Shown piece after piece: positions 52,348-63,622 of a stretch of DNA of 64,000 bases. This DNA is from Spirochaetia bacterium (GTDB lineage: Bacteria > Spirochaetota > Spirochaetia > SZUA-6 > Bin103): assembly GCA_965198005.1 (NCBI GenBank), contig CBDAOI010000003.1, positions 672,001-736,000 of the forward strand. The letters run 5' to 3'. A program made the position numbers and the translations under genes. Each line of letters starts with the position of its first letter. Position 1 is the stretch's first letter. Under the pieces are notes generated by a model. The model did no database searches, was not told the DNA's origin, and was given only the letters and a program-made list of their open reading frames with translations.

Positions 52348-52391
52348 TGGCGCAAGATTGGCGCAAGCCGTGGCGCAAGATTGGCACAAGC
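52348..52391. repeat. Four tandem 11-12-bp tggc(g/a)caag units
   Basis: tggcgcaagat-tggcgcaagccg-tggcgcaagat-tggcacaagc. Confidence 0.75.
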
Positions 52392-53438
52392 CTACACACC
52401 GGCAACGGACGGGCGGTACTCCAAGCGGCTCGTGCGCCCCGAGCGCAAGAGCAGGCCCTTGTCGACCAGGACCTTGAGGTCACGCTGCAGGGTCCTGCGC
52501 GGAGTTCCCGCACACAGCCCCTCGAGTTCGACGATGGTGGTCCGGCCGCCGTCAAGCACATGCCCCAGGATAAGTCCCTGGCGAGCCGTCAGGCCGTGCC
52601 GGCTGGCGAGCAGGTCGCGCCGGATGGCCAGTTCTCCTCGTCGCTTCACCTCCGTGAGCTGGGTAGCGAGTCCCTCGGTGAAGAATTCGATCCAGCCGGT
52701 CATGTCCATGTTCGCTTGACGTACGCCCTGAAGCGCTCCGTAGAAAGCCAACCGGTCGCGGTCGTAGTACTCGCTGATGGTAAAGAGTCGCTTGAAGTCG
52801 TAGCCGGCGCGGTAGAGACACAGCGTCGACAGAAGTCGGGAGGTGCGTCCGTTGCCATCGAGGAACGGATGGATGTGCACGAGCTGGAACTGGGCAATGG
52901 CACTTACGATGACGGGATGGATATCGCGATGACCGTTCAGCCAGGCCACCAGGGCGCGCATGAGATCCGGCACCTCGCCGGGCGGTGGAGGCGTGTAGAT
53001 CGTCTCACCGGTGGCCGAATTCACTACGTAGTTCTGCACTCGCCGGTATTCCCCCGGCGCAGCCGCACCGCCTCGAACGCCGTCTACCAGTTGCCGGTGG
53101 ATCTCGCGGATGAGCCGCTCCCTGATCGGTGTTCCTGCATTGAAATGAGTGCTCACGAACTCGAACGCACGGCGATAGTTCAACAACTCGCGCGCGTCGT
53201 CCGGATCGGCACCGGGAACCTCCTCTCCTCCCAGTACCCGCGCAGCTTCGTCGAGCGTGAGTCGAGTGCCCTCGATATGTGTCGTGTGATGCGCTTCGAG
53301 CAGGAAGGCTCGCGAGCGCATCGCACCGATCCAGTCCTCCGAAAGCGTGGCCGCCTCCAGGAATCCGCGAGCCCGCTCGATCTGCGTGAGAGCTGAGGCA
53401 ACGGCGTTCGTGATGGAGAATCGCGGAGTGAATGTCAC
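52392..53438 (-). CDS. Fic protein with N-terminal inhibitory motif and C-terminal wHTH
   Basis: TTHIEG (S/TxxxEG), [27 protein letters not shown]. Confidence 0.9.
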   Translation of the reverse strand: MTFTPRFSITNAVASALTQIERARGFLEAATLSEDWIGAMRSRAFLLEAHHTTHIEGTRLTLDEAARVLGGEEVPGADPDDARELLNYRRAFEFVSTHFNAGTPIRERLIREIHRQLVDGVRGGAAAPGEYRRVQNYVVNSATGETIYTPPPPGEVPDLMRALVAWLNGHRDIHPVIVSAIAQFQLVHIHPFLDGNGRTSRLLSTLCLYRAGYDFKRLFTISEYYDRDRLAFYGALQGVRQANMDMTGWIEFFTEGLATQLTEVKRRGELAIRRDLLASRHGLTARQGLILGHVLDGGRTTIVELEGLCAGTPRRTLQRDLKVLVDKGLLLRSGRTSRLEYRPSVAGV

Positions 53439-53685
53439 GTCATCCTACATCGACATCCAAGCTCGGTTCCGAGGGACCTCGGCGGGTTGACGGTTCGACT
53501 CCCGGTCCACCGGCGCGCCTCGAATGCAGGCGCAGTTTCGCCACGGGCTGCTATACCAATGTGGATACGCTTGCAGAGGGGCAGTCGACTGTCAACCGCG
53601 CCGGCACCGAACCACCCGCCACAACCCGCCACCCGGAGCCTGACCACCAAGCGAGGATCCGCCGGCGGGCCTTGCATGCGGTCCC

Positions 53686-54050
53686 TTACTCAGGGCTTAC
53701 CAACTCCGTGGCGGCGGGACCTGAGCCCCCGTAGCGGCCGGAGGTGCCGCGCAGCCGCGGGTCGAGCAGGTCGCGGACCGCGTCGCCCACCATGTTGAGG
53801 CAGTACACCGTCACCGTGAGGAACAGACCGGGCCACAGCGCCAGCCGCGGCGCCAGCTCCATGTACCTTCGCCCCTCGCGGCTCAGCATGCCGCCCCAGT
53901 TCGGCACGTTCACCGGCAGGCCGAAACCGAGGAAGCTCAAGCTGGCCTCGGCGATGATCACGCTGCCGAGGCGCAACATATACGTTCGTCCCTCGAGGCT
54001 GAGCATGCCGCCCCAGCTCGGCGGTGGCGGCGGTATGCCGAAGCCACTTC
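53686..54050 (-). pseudogene. OppC C-terminal fragments (two concatenated)
   Basis: FGIPPPPPSWGGMLSLEGR then IIAEASLSFLG...DLLDPR. Confidence 0.8.
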
Positions 54051-54479
54051 TCCGGTAAGAGGTTAGCCGATCCCGTCCGTGCTCTCCGGGGCGGCTGGTG
54101 ATGGGCCGGCCAGCGCGGTGCGGGCCGCCTGCAGCAGTTCGATCAGCACCGGACGCGCCTGGTCGGGGCCGGTGAGCGGCGCGGGAAACGGCAGCCGGGC
54201 CAGCCGCGGTCCGGGCGGGGTGTGGATGCGCAAGTCACGCCGTAGCGGTCCTGCGGCCGCTGAGGTCGTCAACTATCGAGCAGCCAAGCCAGCAGCGCTA
54301 CCGGAATGGCTGCAACCTCGGGATCGTCGAGGTTCAACTCGGAGCGCGTGGCCACAATGCCGCGCCATCCGGTGTCCTGGGCGGGCCGATCGCCATCCAT
54401 CTCCTCGCCGCACTCCGGTCGCTGATCTATCCGCCCCGCAAATACCATCGCCAACAGGGGAGCAATGGCTGACGCACAA

Positions 54480-54760
54480 ATGGACTACCTCGATGACGAG
54501 GAACGAGAGCTCATAGAGAGTATCGAGGGAGCACCCCACTCCGGCGAGCGGCTCGATCCAGAGAACGACAACAGATTCCGGGAGTTGCTGAAGGTCGCCG
54601 CGCGCAGGAAGCCGAAGGACACCAAGATCACCCTGCGGATAGCGTCCGCGATCTGGTGGCTATCAAGGCACTGGCGCGTCGGCTCGGCGTCGAATACCAA
54701 CCGCTCATCGTAGAGGTGATTCACCAATATGCGCGCGGCCAGCTCAAACGCTCCGGCTGA
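54480..54760 (+). pseudogene. CopG/BrnA-like antitoxin, frameshifted
   Basis: MDYLDDEERELIESIE...KDTKITLRI / IKALARRLGVEYQPLI. Confidence 0.7.
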
Positions 54761-55143
54761 CGCCGACGAGTCTTGATGTCAGCGTGGCGTAACGGCGCCC
54801 TGCAGCGTTAACCGCACGCGCCCGTTCGCACGCTATCAGTACCAGCTCCCCCGGTTGGACGAGTTCCGAACCTACTGCTACAGCCATCACTTGGCTGAGG
54901 TGCCGGCAGCGTCGCGCGCGACGTAGAGCGAGCACGAGCTGAACTGTGCGCCAAGGCCCCTTGAGAGGAAAGGAGGTCGTCGAGGGCGAGGTGGGGAAGG
55001 GTATGTCGTAACGACCCGCGAGGGCTATCAAGTCCTTCCGAGAACGCGCACACTGTCCGCAAATCGGTGTCGTCACGTCGAGTTGCTGCAATTGCAGAAG
55101 CGGCGCGATAGGTCCAGCGGTGTAATCTGCAGAGAAGATTGTG

Positions 55144-55421
55144 GTGCTAACGTTCGAGTGGGATGACGGGAAAGCGGACGCCAACGCGCGGAAGCACGGC
55201 GTACGCTTCGAGGAGGCGGCGCCGGCTTTGGCGACGCGCTGTCGGTGACGGTTGCTGACCCGGACCAGTCGCTTGATGAGGATCGGTTCATTCTATTGGG
55301 TGTCACCGAGCGAGACCGGCTGGTAGTTGTCGCTCACACGTTGCGTGGCGACACTATCCGCATGATCAACGCTCGACTGGCGACAGCCGGAGAACGGCGA
55401 GACTATGAAGAAGGAAGCTGA
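55144..55421 (+). pseudogene. BrnT-family toxin, frameshifted
   Basis: FEWDDGKADANARKHGVRFEEA / DEDRFILLG...IRMINARLAT. Confidence 0.85.
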
Positions 55422-55616
55422 CAAAGCCGGTGCCGACGAGCTGCGCGAGGAGTACGACTTCTCGCGTGGAGTCCGTGGCAAATATGCCCTTCCGAGGGCA
55501 CCAACATCATCATCCTCGATGCGGACGTCGCCAAGGTGTTTCGTGACTCGGAGTCGGTAAACAAAGCACTGCGCGCACTGGTGGAGGTGGCGAACAAGAC
55601 GGCAGCTGGTAGCTGA
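55405..55616 (+). pseudogene. Cognate BrnA-like antitoxin, frameshifted
   Basis: ELREEYDFSRGVRGKY / ILDADVAKVFRDSESVNKALRAL. Confidence 0.75.
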
Positions 55617-55799
55617 CTATCGCTGGCCGCCGGCCGTCGGGAAGAAACGGGCCTGCCGCCAGACCGTTACCAACTCCCTGGTCGCGCCGCTCAGCGACGG
55701 CAGTCCGGGCTTCGCGGTATCTCTGCCCTCACATCACAAGCGGCTACGGGGCTCCGATACCAAGGCCCACGTGCGCCGCTTTGAGCTGACTGGTGAGCT

Positions 55800-56625
55800 C
55801 GTTGGCTGCCAGCCGGTGCCCTGTCGATAGAACACGTAATCCGGCAGCGCGAAGTCGTTGCCCGACACGATGTCGAGGAGACCGTCGCCGTTCAGGTCGA
55901 TAATCGTAACCGCCAGTGCTTGCGACGCGCCACTCAGCCGCAGCGGCAACAGGGCCGAACCGTTGTTCTCGTAGACGAACAGCCCGCCGTGCGCCGGCAG
56001 CTCGCGTTGACCGCCGGTGGCTGTGTACGGCTCGCGGGCGAGCAGCTCGCTGTTGTACGACGCGCCGACCATGTCGAGGTCTTGGTCGCCGTCCAGGTCG
56101 GCCCAGGCCATGGCGTAGATGGGAAAGCGCCCCGCGAAGTCCGTCTCGTCGACGCGCGCGAACATCCGCGCGCCACCCCCACCGCGCCACCAGGATGGAG
56201 CGGCACTCGCGCGGGTGAACACCAGATCGACGGCGTCGTCGGCGTCGACATCGACCGCAGCGACGGCGCGGGTGGCCGTCTCCTCCAGCACGGCACGCTC
56301 GAAGGCGAGCCCACCGCTGCCACCGCGGTTCCACAGCAGCGTCACCGGCGTGCGCAACCCGGCCAGGGCGATGTCGATGCGACCGTCGCCGTCGAGGTCG
56401 GCGAGCGCCACCGGCGCCCCGTTGCTGTCGAAGAAACGAGCCGGCTGATCGGTAGCCTGCGTCGTGTGGAGCAAAAGGTGGCGGACGAAGCGCCCGGTGC
56501 ATTCGCCGGGATCGGCTAGCGGCGAGTGCTCCACCGTAACCTGCCCCCCACCCACCGAGCGGGAGCGCCCAGCCCCCTACCAGCAGGAGAGCGATCAACA
56601 GGATACGCCGGCCGGCGCTACCCAC
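55800..56625 (-). pseudogene. Secreted CRTAC1/FG-GAP repeat protein, frameshifted and 3'-truncated
   Basis: GTG start overlapping oppC stop, signal RRILLIALLLV, DLDGDGRID, DLDGDQDLD, DLNGDGLLD. Confidence 0.75.
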
Positions 56626-57514
56626 CCCTGAGCCGCGGGTCGAGTAGATCGCGCAGCGCATCGCCAAACATGTTGAGGCTGTAGATGACGATGGTGAGGC
56701 ACAGCCCCGGCCACAGCGCCAGCCAGGGCGCCGACTCCATATACTGCATTCCCTCTCGGCTGAGCATCGTGCCCCAGTCCGGCGTGCTCGGCGGCAGGCC
56801 GTAGCCGAGAAAGCCCAGCGATGCAGCCGACAGGATGTTGCCGCCAATGCCCACCGAGAACACGATGAGCATCGGCGCCATGATGTTCGGCAGGACGTGT
56901 CGGAACAACGTCACCCTTAGCGGGGTGCCGATGGCGCGCGCCGCCTGGAAGTAGTCGTTCTCTTTGATCGCGACCACGGCTCCCCGCGGCACACGCGAGC
57001 CGCTGATGCCACCCGAGACGCCGAGCACGACAATGATCTGCACCAGGCCGGGGCCGGTCAGCGACACGATCGTCAGCAGCAGGAGCAGGCCCGGGAAGGC
57101 CATCCACGCGTCGACGAACCGCTGCACCGCCAGGTCAATCCTGCCGCCGACGAAGCCCGACGTGCCGCCAACCAGAATCGCGACGACGATGTTGAGCGTA
57201 GTCGCCGCCAGACCGACGAACAGCGAGATGCGACCGCCGTTGATGAGCCGACTCAACAGATCGCGGCCGACCTGGTCAGTGCCGAGCAGGTACTTCGCCG
57301 ATGGGCCCTGTAGCCTGTCGATCACGTGCAGCTCGTTGTGCGGATACGGCGCGACGGCGTCGGCAAAGATGGCAACGAAGATCAAGATCAGAACGACCAC
57401 GGCTCCCGCCGTTCCCAGTGGCTTGGTCTTGAGCAGCCGAGTCGAGAAGTCGATCAGACCGGTGCGCCGCCTTGCCCTGCGCGTCGTGACAGAGGTCGTT
57501 GTCGAGTCACTCAT
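56618..57514 (-). CDS. OppC permease (cassette 6)
   Basis: Family motifs. Confidence 0.95.
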   Translation of the reverse strand: MSDSTTTSVTTRRARRRTGLIDFSTRLLKTKPLGTAGAVVVLILIFVAIFADAVAPYPHNELHVIDRLQGPSAKYLLGTDQVGRDLLSRLINGGRISLFVGLAATTLNIVVAILVGGTSGFVGGRIDLAVQRFVDAWMAFPGLLLLLTIVSLTGPGLVQIIVVLGVSGGISGSRVPRGAVVAIKENDYFQAARAIGTPLRVTLFRHVLPNIMAPMLIVFSVGIGGNILSAASLGFLGYGLPPSTPDWGTMLSREGMQYMESAPWLALWPGLCLTIVIYSLNMFGDALRDLLDPRLRGG

Positions 57515-57526
57515 CGGTCGCCGTCC

Positions 57527-58489
57527 TCACCGGTACCTGACTCTCGGGTCCAGGAACGCGTAGACCACATCGATGAAGATGTTGTTCAAAACCACGACGG
57601 TCCCGAACACCAGATTCACCCCTGATACGACGGTGTAGTCGCGGTCCTGCAACGCGAGCAAGATCAGCCGACCCAGTCCCGGAAGATTGAAGATGTTCTC
57701 CATGATCACCGAGCCACCTACCAGGATTGGCAGCTGGAGGCCGATGAGTGTCACGACGGGAATCAGCGCGTTCTTGATGGCGTGTCTCACGACCACCACG
57801 CGCTCGCGCGCCCCTTTGGCCCACACGGTGCGAATGTAGTCCTGCCTCAGCACCTCGAGCATCATCGTGCGCGTCATGCGCATGACGGCGGCGGCGCCTG
57901 CGGTGCCGAGGATCAGACTGGGAATGAAGAAGCCCGAGAGGTTCCGTAACGGGTTCTCGAAGAACGAGACCAAACGGAGCGGAGGCGACCACCCCCACCA
58001 GATCGCCGGGTAGATCATCACCATGACGCCCAGCCAGAAGTTGGGCGTGGCCAGGCCAAGGATCGCCACCGATCGTCCGATGTAGTCGCCCACCTTGTCC
58101 TGCCTGATAGCGGAGTAGATGCCGACCGGCAGCGCGATGATCAGACCGATCAAGATCGCCAGGAAACCCAGCTCGAACGTGACCGGCACCCGTCCGAGAA
58201 TCCGCTCGCCGACCTCCCAGCCGTGCAGTAGGGATTTGCCGAGGCTGCCGCGCAGAATGATGTCGCCAACCCAGCGCCCATACTGGACGTAGATGGGCTG
58301 GTCGAGCCCGAACGCCTTCTCGACCGCCGCGCGATCCGCATCGAGAATGCCGCCGGTCCGCATCATCTGCTCCATCATCACATCGACGATGTCGCCGGGG
58401 ATGAAGCGGACCGACAGGAACACCAGCATCGACAGGATGACCAGGGTCGGAATCGCAAGCAACAGACGGCGGATTAGGTACGCTCTCAT
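57527..58489 (-). CDS. OppB permease (cassette 6)
   Basis: Family motifs. Confidence 0.95.
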   Translation of the reverse strand: MRAYLIRRLLLAIPTLVILSMLVFLSVRFIPGDIVDVMMEQMMRTGGILDADRAAVEKAFGLDQPIYVQYGRWVGDIILRGSLGKSLLHGWEVGERILGRVPVTFELGFLAILIGLIIALPVGIYSAIRQDKVGDYIGRSVAILGLATPNFWLGVMVMIYPAIWWGWSPPLRLVSFFENPLRNLSGFFIPSLILGTAGAAAVMRMTRTMMLEVLRQDYIRTVWAKGARERVVVVRHAIKNALIPVVTLIGLQLPILVGGSVIMENIFNLPGLGRLILLALQDRDYTVVSGVNLVFGTVVVLNNIFIDVVYAFLDPRVRYR

Positions 58490-58709
58490 CTCACCTGGCA
58501 GCCGTAGATGTTGTGTGGCACGCGGATCCCACTGCTATCTCTCACGGCGAGCCCACATGGCTTGCTTCATTAGAACGGATCGCACCGTCTGTGAGAAATC
58601 CGCGGAAGCGTGATCTTACCGGAGACCACGCTCCCGCCATACCGGTCCTTGGGAAATTGCAGAGTCCGCCCTGATGCGGGTCCACTGCAGACCGCCAAAG
58701 GCGGTTTGC

Positions 58710-60194
58710 TCAGAATCCCATTTCCCGCTTCAGATCCTGATCGATCCAGAGGCGCGAGTAGATCAGGGAACGGTCCATGTCGCCGGGGTCGGCCTCGCCG
58801 TTGTAGCCCTTCACCCATGGCCAGAACACGTTGAACTGCGGCACGCGCGCGCCCCAGATCGCAACGTGCTGACGGTTGAGATAATCTGAGGCCTCCCTCG
58901 AGAGCCTCTGGCGCTCCTCCAACGTGGTGGCCGCCTGCACGCGGCTGACCATCTCGTCGTAGACCGGATCGTTGAGGAATGTATGGCTCAATCCCGCGTA
59001 GCTGACGTGACTCAGGAGCTGACCCGTGGGATTCCATTCGTATCCAGAAACCAACATGCGGAGGTCGTAGTCCTTCGCGGCGCGCCGAGCGTTCACTACA
59101 GCCCCCTCGAGATAGGAGATCGTCACATCAATGCCGATCTCTCGCCAGCCCGCCGCCAGGAGCTCATTCCAGCCTTGGTCGCCCCACGTTGGTGTAGAGA
59201 TCATCTCCATCTCGAAGCGGGTCCCGTCGGCGCCGCGCGATAAGCCGGCTTCGTCGAGCAGCCTCTCGGCCTCGGCCGGATTGTAGGAATACGCCGCCTT
59301 GAGGTCCGCCGGCCAGTCCTCGTAGCGAGTCATGTAGGGATACAGGGCACGCCCCATCCACCCCTGTGGCTGGGTGACTGCATAGCCCTTGAAGTAGGTC
59401 TCGCCCCAGCCCTCGATGTCGAGGGCCAACTGCAGGGCGCGGCGCACGCGGACGTCGTCCAAGGGGGGCTTGCTCGTGTTGACTAGGGGGGACGTCTCAG
59501 ATCGGTACGAGTAGGCCTCCACGACGATGTCGGGGTTGGTGCGCTGCAGGCTCTCCATCTGGTCGATTGACGTGATCTGCGCATTGCCATGGAAGCCGAG
59601 GAAATCGACCCTTCCGGAGCGCAAAGCCGCCAGACGCGTCTGCGACTCCGGCATCACCTGCATGTTGATCGTATCGATGTAGGGCAGCCGGTTCTGTGGG
59701 AACTTCTCGTCGAAGCCCCAGTAGTCAGGGGCCTTGTCCCAGGTGATGGAGCTGCCTTCCACCCAGTCGGTAAGCTCATAGGGTCCGGTGCCTACCAGGT
59801 TTTGCCAATCGCCGATATCGACTCCGGTCCCCGCCTGAATCACCTCTGGCGGATAGATGAACAGCACGTTTTGCGTCAGGAGCGTCTTCAGCGCGTCGAG
59901 GTTCTGCTCCGCCAGCTTGAAGACGACGGTGTTGCCCTGGGCCGTTACGGAGGTGATGCCGAGGTCGTCCACGGACGCCACGGCGGCGACGCCTTCCGGT
60001 ACCTCGGTGAAGCCGCTGCCGAGCCCGAGGTAGCGGTGGAAGTTGAACTCCACATCCTTCGCGGTCAGCGCGCGGCCGTTCATCGGCGCCTTGTCGTGCC
60101 AGTTCACGCCCTGACGGATGTGAAAGACGATGGTGGTCGGGTCGGGCTGCTCCCAGCGCTCGGCCAGGCGGCCGACGATGATGTCGTCGGGCGA
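58710..60194 (-). pseudogene. Family-5 SBP lacking start and signal peptide (cassette 6)
   Basis: PDDIIVGRLAERWEQ fused directly to leader A at ~60195. Confidence 0.85.
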
Positions 60195-60740
60195 AGCGGA
60201 TTGCCGCTCCCTGGCTACTCTCACGCGCGCAACGCTTGCTGCCAGTCTGAGTCAAATTCTCAGCAGCGCGCGGCGTGTGACTCACCGGGTTCACCCGGGC
60301 TCACGTCGCGCGCGCGTGCGGTTCTTTCAGTATCATCTTCACCTCCTTCTTGGGGCACAGGGTGCCCTGCCAGATGCCTGACGTAAGATGGGATACGCGT
60401 GCGCGGCCCATCATGCAAACGCCCACCGCTCGGCGGGCGTCGGGACCTGCGTCACAACGCCACGCGGGGCGGTGGTCGACGAAGGAGCGAGTCTGAATGG
60501 CCGGCAACGCCGGCGGTGGGTTTTGCTGGCAGTCGGTCGCGGGCGGGGATCCGCGACGGTTGCGGTCGCCGGGAAGGGCGCGCGCGGTCTGCATGCCGGT
60601 TCGGCGATGGACGGAGCCGGTGCCACCGACAGCTACGGCGGTGGTGAAGGCGACGGCGTGCGCGGGGTCGCGTAGGGGGCGATCAGCCCGAGCGGTTAGT
60701 TGTTTCTCGGTTTGAAAAAGTGGGGGGGGGGGGGGGGGGT
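60195..60740 (-). promoter_or_regulatory. Leader A, copy 2 (uORF MILKEPHARAT 60301-60336; G18 tract 60722-60739 on +)
   Basis: Homologous to 12878-13400. Confidence 0.75.
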
Positions 60741-60803
60741 ATGATGCAACTGTCGCGTCACAGCGAACCGATCACTGCGCTGCCTGTCATCGTGACGCTT
60801 CAT
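60696..60803 (-). CDS. Putative polyproline uORF MKRHDDRQRSDRFAVTRQLHHTPPPPPHFFKPRNN
   Basis: Manual translation; same termini as 13345-13461. Confidence 0.5.
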   Translation of the reverse strand: MKRHDDRQRSDRFAVTRQLHHTPPPPPHFFKPRNN

Positions 60804-61245
60804 GACCATCCGTCAAACCCCAGGTGAGGCACGCTAGCATAGGCGCGGCGCGCCGTCAACGACTCGTGGGGGTCACCGGGGTGAGCGAAGGTCACCGGCA
60901 ACCCGTCACTGCGCTGACTGTCATCATGGCGCTTCATCGGCATCCGTCGACCCCAAGCCAAGCATGATAGCGTGGGCGCGGCGCACTGTCAACGACTCGG
61001 AGCTCACCAAACGTGACCGCCAACCGGCCACTGCGCTGACTGTCATCATGGCGTTTCATCACCGTTCCATCGGACCCCAAGCGAAGCAAGCTTCGCTCTG
61101 GACGCGGCCACCCTGTCAACGACTCGGACGTCACCGACCGTGACCGCCAACCGGTCACTGCGCTGACTGTCGTCATGGCGCGTCATCATCGATCGGTCGA
61201 ACCCCAAGCGAGGCAAGCATGCTATGGACGCGACCACCCTGTCAA
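60759..61245 (-). repeat. Tandem array of 4 promoter-containing units (periods 134/122/127 bp)
   Basis: Same core as 13418-14128; TTGACG-17-TAGCGT, TTGACA-17-TATCAT, TTGACA-19-GAAGCT, TTGACA-18-CATGCT. Confidence 0.85.
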
Positions 61246-61614
61246 CAGCGCCGACCCGTGCAGCCCCGCCGCCTCGAACCGGGCGACCATGGTGTCGGCC
61301 TCCGCCAGGCTGGCAGCCATCGGCTTCTCGCACACGACATGCGCGCCATGATCGGCGGCCAACAGCGACAGTGCTGCGTGGCTCGACGCATGCGTCGCGA
61401 TGGCGACGATGTCGAGATCCTCCGTGCGGAACATCTGCGCCGCGTCGGCGTAGCTCGTGACGCCCGGCCAATCCTGCTCGGCCCGTGCGCGCGCCTCCGC
61501 TACCTCATCGGCGACCGCGACCAGGCGGATGCGCTCCAGCCCAGCCATCACCTCCGCGTGGCGGGCCCCGAGGTTGCCGTAGCCGACCCCGGCGCCGCGA
61601 TACCTGCTTTCCAT
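61246..61614 (-). pseudogene. Gfo/Idh/MocA oxidoreductase, N-terminal half
   Basis: GVGYGNLG, LVAVAD, HVVCEKPMA. Confidence 0.85.
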
Positions 61615-61643
61615 TCGGCGAGCGGTAGCTGGGCGAAGCCGAG

Positions 61644-62573
61644 CTACGCCTGCTTCTTCACCGGCTCGCGGCCGAGGCGCCCCCCGCCACCCCGCAGCCG
61701 CGGGTCGAGCAGGTCTCTGACCGCGTCGCCGAACATGTTCAGGCAGTACACCAGCACGGTCAGGAAGATGCCGGGCCAGAACGCCAGCCACGGCGCCTGC
61801 TCCATGTACTCGCGCCCTTCGCGGCTCAGCATCCCACCCCAGCTGGGAACCTCCAGTGGCAGACCGAAGCCGAGAAAGCTCAGCGAGGCCTCACTGATGA
61901 TTACCGCACCGATGTTGATACTGAAGACGATGATCACCGGCGCGACGATGTTGGGCACGACGTGGCGAATCAACGTCATTCCCCTCGATGACCCAATCGC
62001 CTCGGCCGCCTGAAAGTAGACATTCTCCTTGATGGCGATGACGGCGCTGCGGACCACCCTCGAGCCGCCGATGCCGCCGGTTACGCCGAGGACCACGATG
62101 GTCTGCACCAGCCCCTGCCCGACGATGGACATGATGGTCAACAGGATCAGCAGTCCGGGTATCGATACCCAGGCATCGACGAATCGTTGGGTCGCCAGGT
62201 CCACCTTACCGCCAACGAAGCCGGAGGCACCGCCGATCACCAGGGCGACCACGACGTTGAGGGCGGTCGCGGCCAGGCCAACGGTCAGCGAAACCCGCGC
62301 GCCGTAAATCAGGCGGGTCAGCAGGTCGCGTCCGATATGATCGGTGCCGAGCAGAAAGCGCGCCGAGGGCCCGCTGAGCCGATCGGCCAGGCTCATCTCC
62401 AGCATTCCGTAGGGAGCCAGCGCGTCGGCGAAGATGGCGGTCAGCGCGAACAGCACGATGATGATCCCACTGGCGGTTCCCAGGGGTTTCTCCTTCCACA
62501 GCCGAGCGAAGAAGTAGGCGGCGCCGGTGCGGGTCTTCGGCTCGCTCACCGCGGTGGTCTGTCTGTCACTCAT
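61644..62573 (-). CDS. OppC permease (cassette 7)
   Basis: Family motifs. Confidence 0.95.
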   Translation of the reverse strand: MSDRQTTAVSEPKTRTGAAYFFARLWKEKPLGTASGIIIVLFALTAIFADALAPYGMLEMSLADRLSGPSARFLLGTDHIGRDLLTRLIYGARVSLTVGLAATALNVVVALVIGGASGFVGGKVDLATQRFVDAWVSIPGLLILLTIMSIVGQGLVQTIVVLGVTGGIGGSRVVRSAVIAIKENVYFQAAEAIGSSRGMTLIRHVVPNIVAPVIIVFSINIGAVIISEASLSFLGFGLPLEVPSWGGMLSREGREYMEQAPWLAFWPGIFLTVLVYCLNMFGDAVRDLLDPRLRGGGGRLGREPVKKQA

Positions 62574-63522
62574 AGCGGATTCTCGGATCGAGGAACCCGT
62601 ACGTCAGGTCGATGAGCACGTTCCCCACCACGACGAAGCTGCCAAACAGCAGGTTGATTCCCGAGACCACTGTGTAGTCTCGGTCTTCGAGAGCATTCAG
62701 CATCAGACGACCCAGCCCAGGCAGATTGAAGATGTTCTCCATGATGACCGAGCCGCCCACCAGGATGGGCAGCTGCAAGCCCACCAGCGTAATCACCGGG
62801 ATGATGGCGTTCTTGACCGCGTGCCGCACGACCACCGCCCGCTCCTTCAGACCCTTGGACCAGGCGGTACGGACATAGTCCTGCCGCAGCACCTCCAACA
62901 TCATGGTGCGTGTCATCCGCATGGTGGCCGCGGCCATCGCCGTTCCCAGGATGGCGCCGGGAATGATGAACATCCCCAGGTTCCCCAGCGGGTCGGCGCT
63001 GAACCGGATGAGGCGCATCGGTGGTGACCAGCCCCACCAGATTGCCGGGTAGAGCATGACCATCACCGCCAGCCAGAAGTTGGGCGTTGCCAGGCCGATG
63101 ACGGCAACCGAGCGTCCCACGTAGTCGGCGGCGGTATCCTGGCGGATCGCCGAGTAGATGCCCACCGGCAGGGCGATCAGCAGCCCGATCACCAGCGCCG
63201 TCACGCCGAGCTGAATCGTCACCGGCAACCTACCCGCTATCTTCTCGTTTACGGAGAAGCGGCCGAGCAGGGATTGACCCAGGCTCCCGTGCAGCACGAT
63301 GTCGCCCAGCCAGCGCGCGTACTGCACGGGAATGGGCTGGTCCAAGCCGAGCTTGCGCTCGAGAGCTTCGCGGTCGATCTCGCCGGCGGTGAAGGCGTAC
63401 TCTTCCTGCATGGCGTCGATGACATCGCCGGGGATGAACCGGACCAGCAGAAAGACGATCATGCTCAGGATCAGGAGCGTAGGGACGACCAGCAGCACCC
63501 TTCTGATGACGTACGCTCTCAT
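62566..63522 (-). CDS. OppB permease (cassette 7)
   Basis: Family motifs. Confidence 0.95.
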   Translation of the reverse strand: MRAYVIRRVLLVVPTLLILSMIVFLLVRFIPGDVIDAMQEEYAFTAGEIDREALERKLGLDQPIPVQYARWLGDIVLHGSLGQSLLGRFSVNEKIAGRLPVTIQLGVTALVIGLLIALPVGIYSAIRQDTAADYVGRSVAVIGLATPNFWLAVMVMLYPAIWWGWSPPMRLIRFSADPLGNLGMFIIPGAILGTAMAAATMRMTRTMMLEVLRQDYVRTAWSKGLKERAVVVRHAVKNAIIPVITLVGLQLPILVGGSVIMENIFNLPGLGRLMLNALEDRDYTVVSGINLLFGSFVVVGNVLIDLTYGFLDPRIRYE

Positions 63523-63622
63523 GGCAGATACCTGGCTGTTATCACGCGGCGTGCGGAGATGAGAGGGGAGCCGGGAAACGCTCCCGACTCCCCTAGGTCA
63601 CGATTGACTAGCGATACCTGAG

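Noticed and set aside
53485-53515. tRNA (ggttcgactcc T-loop-like)
   Set aside because: No acceptor, D or anticodon arms can be built
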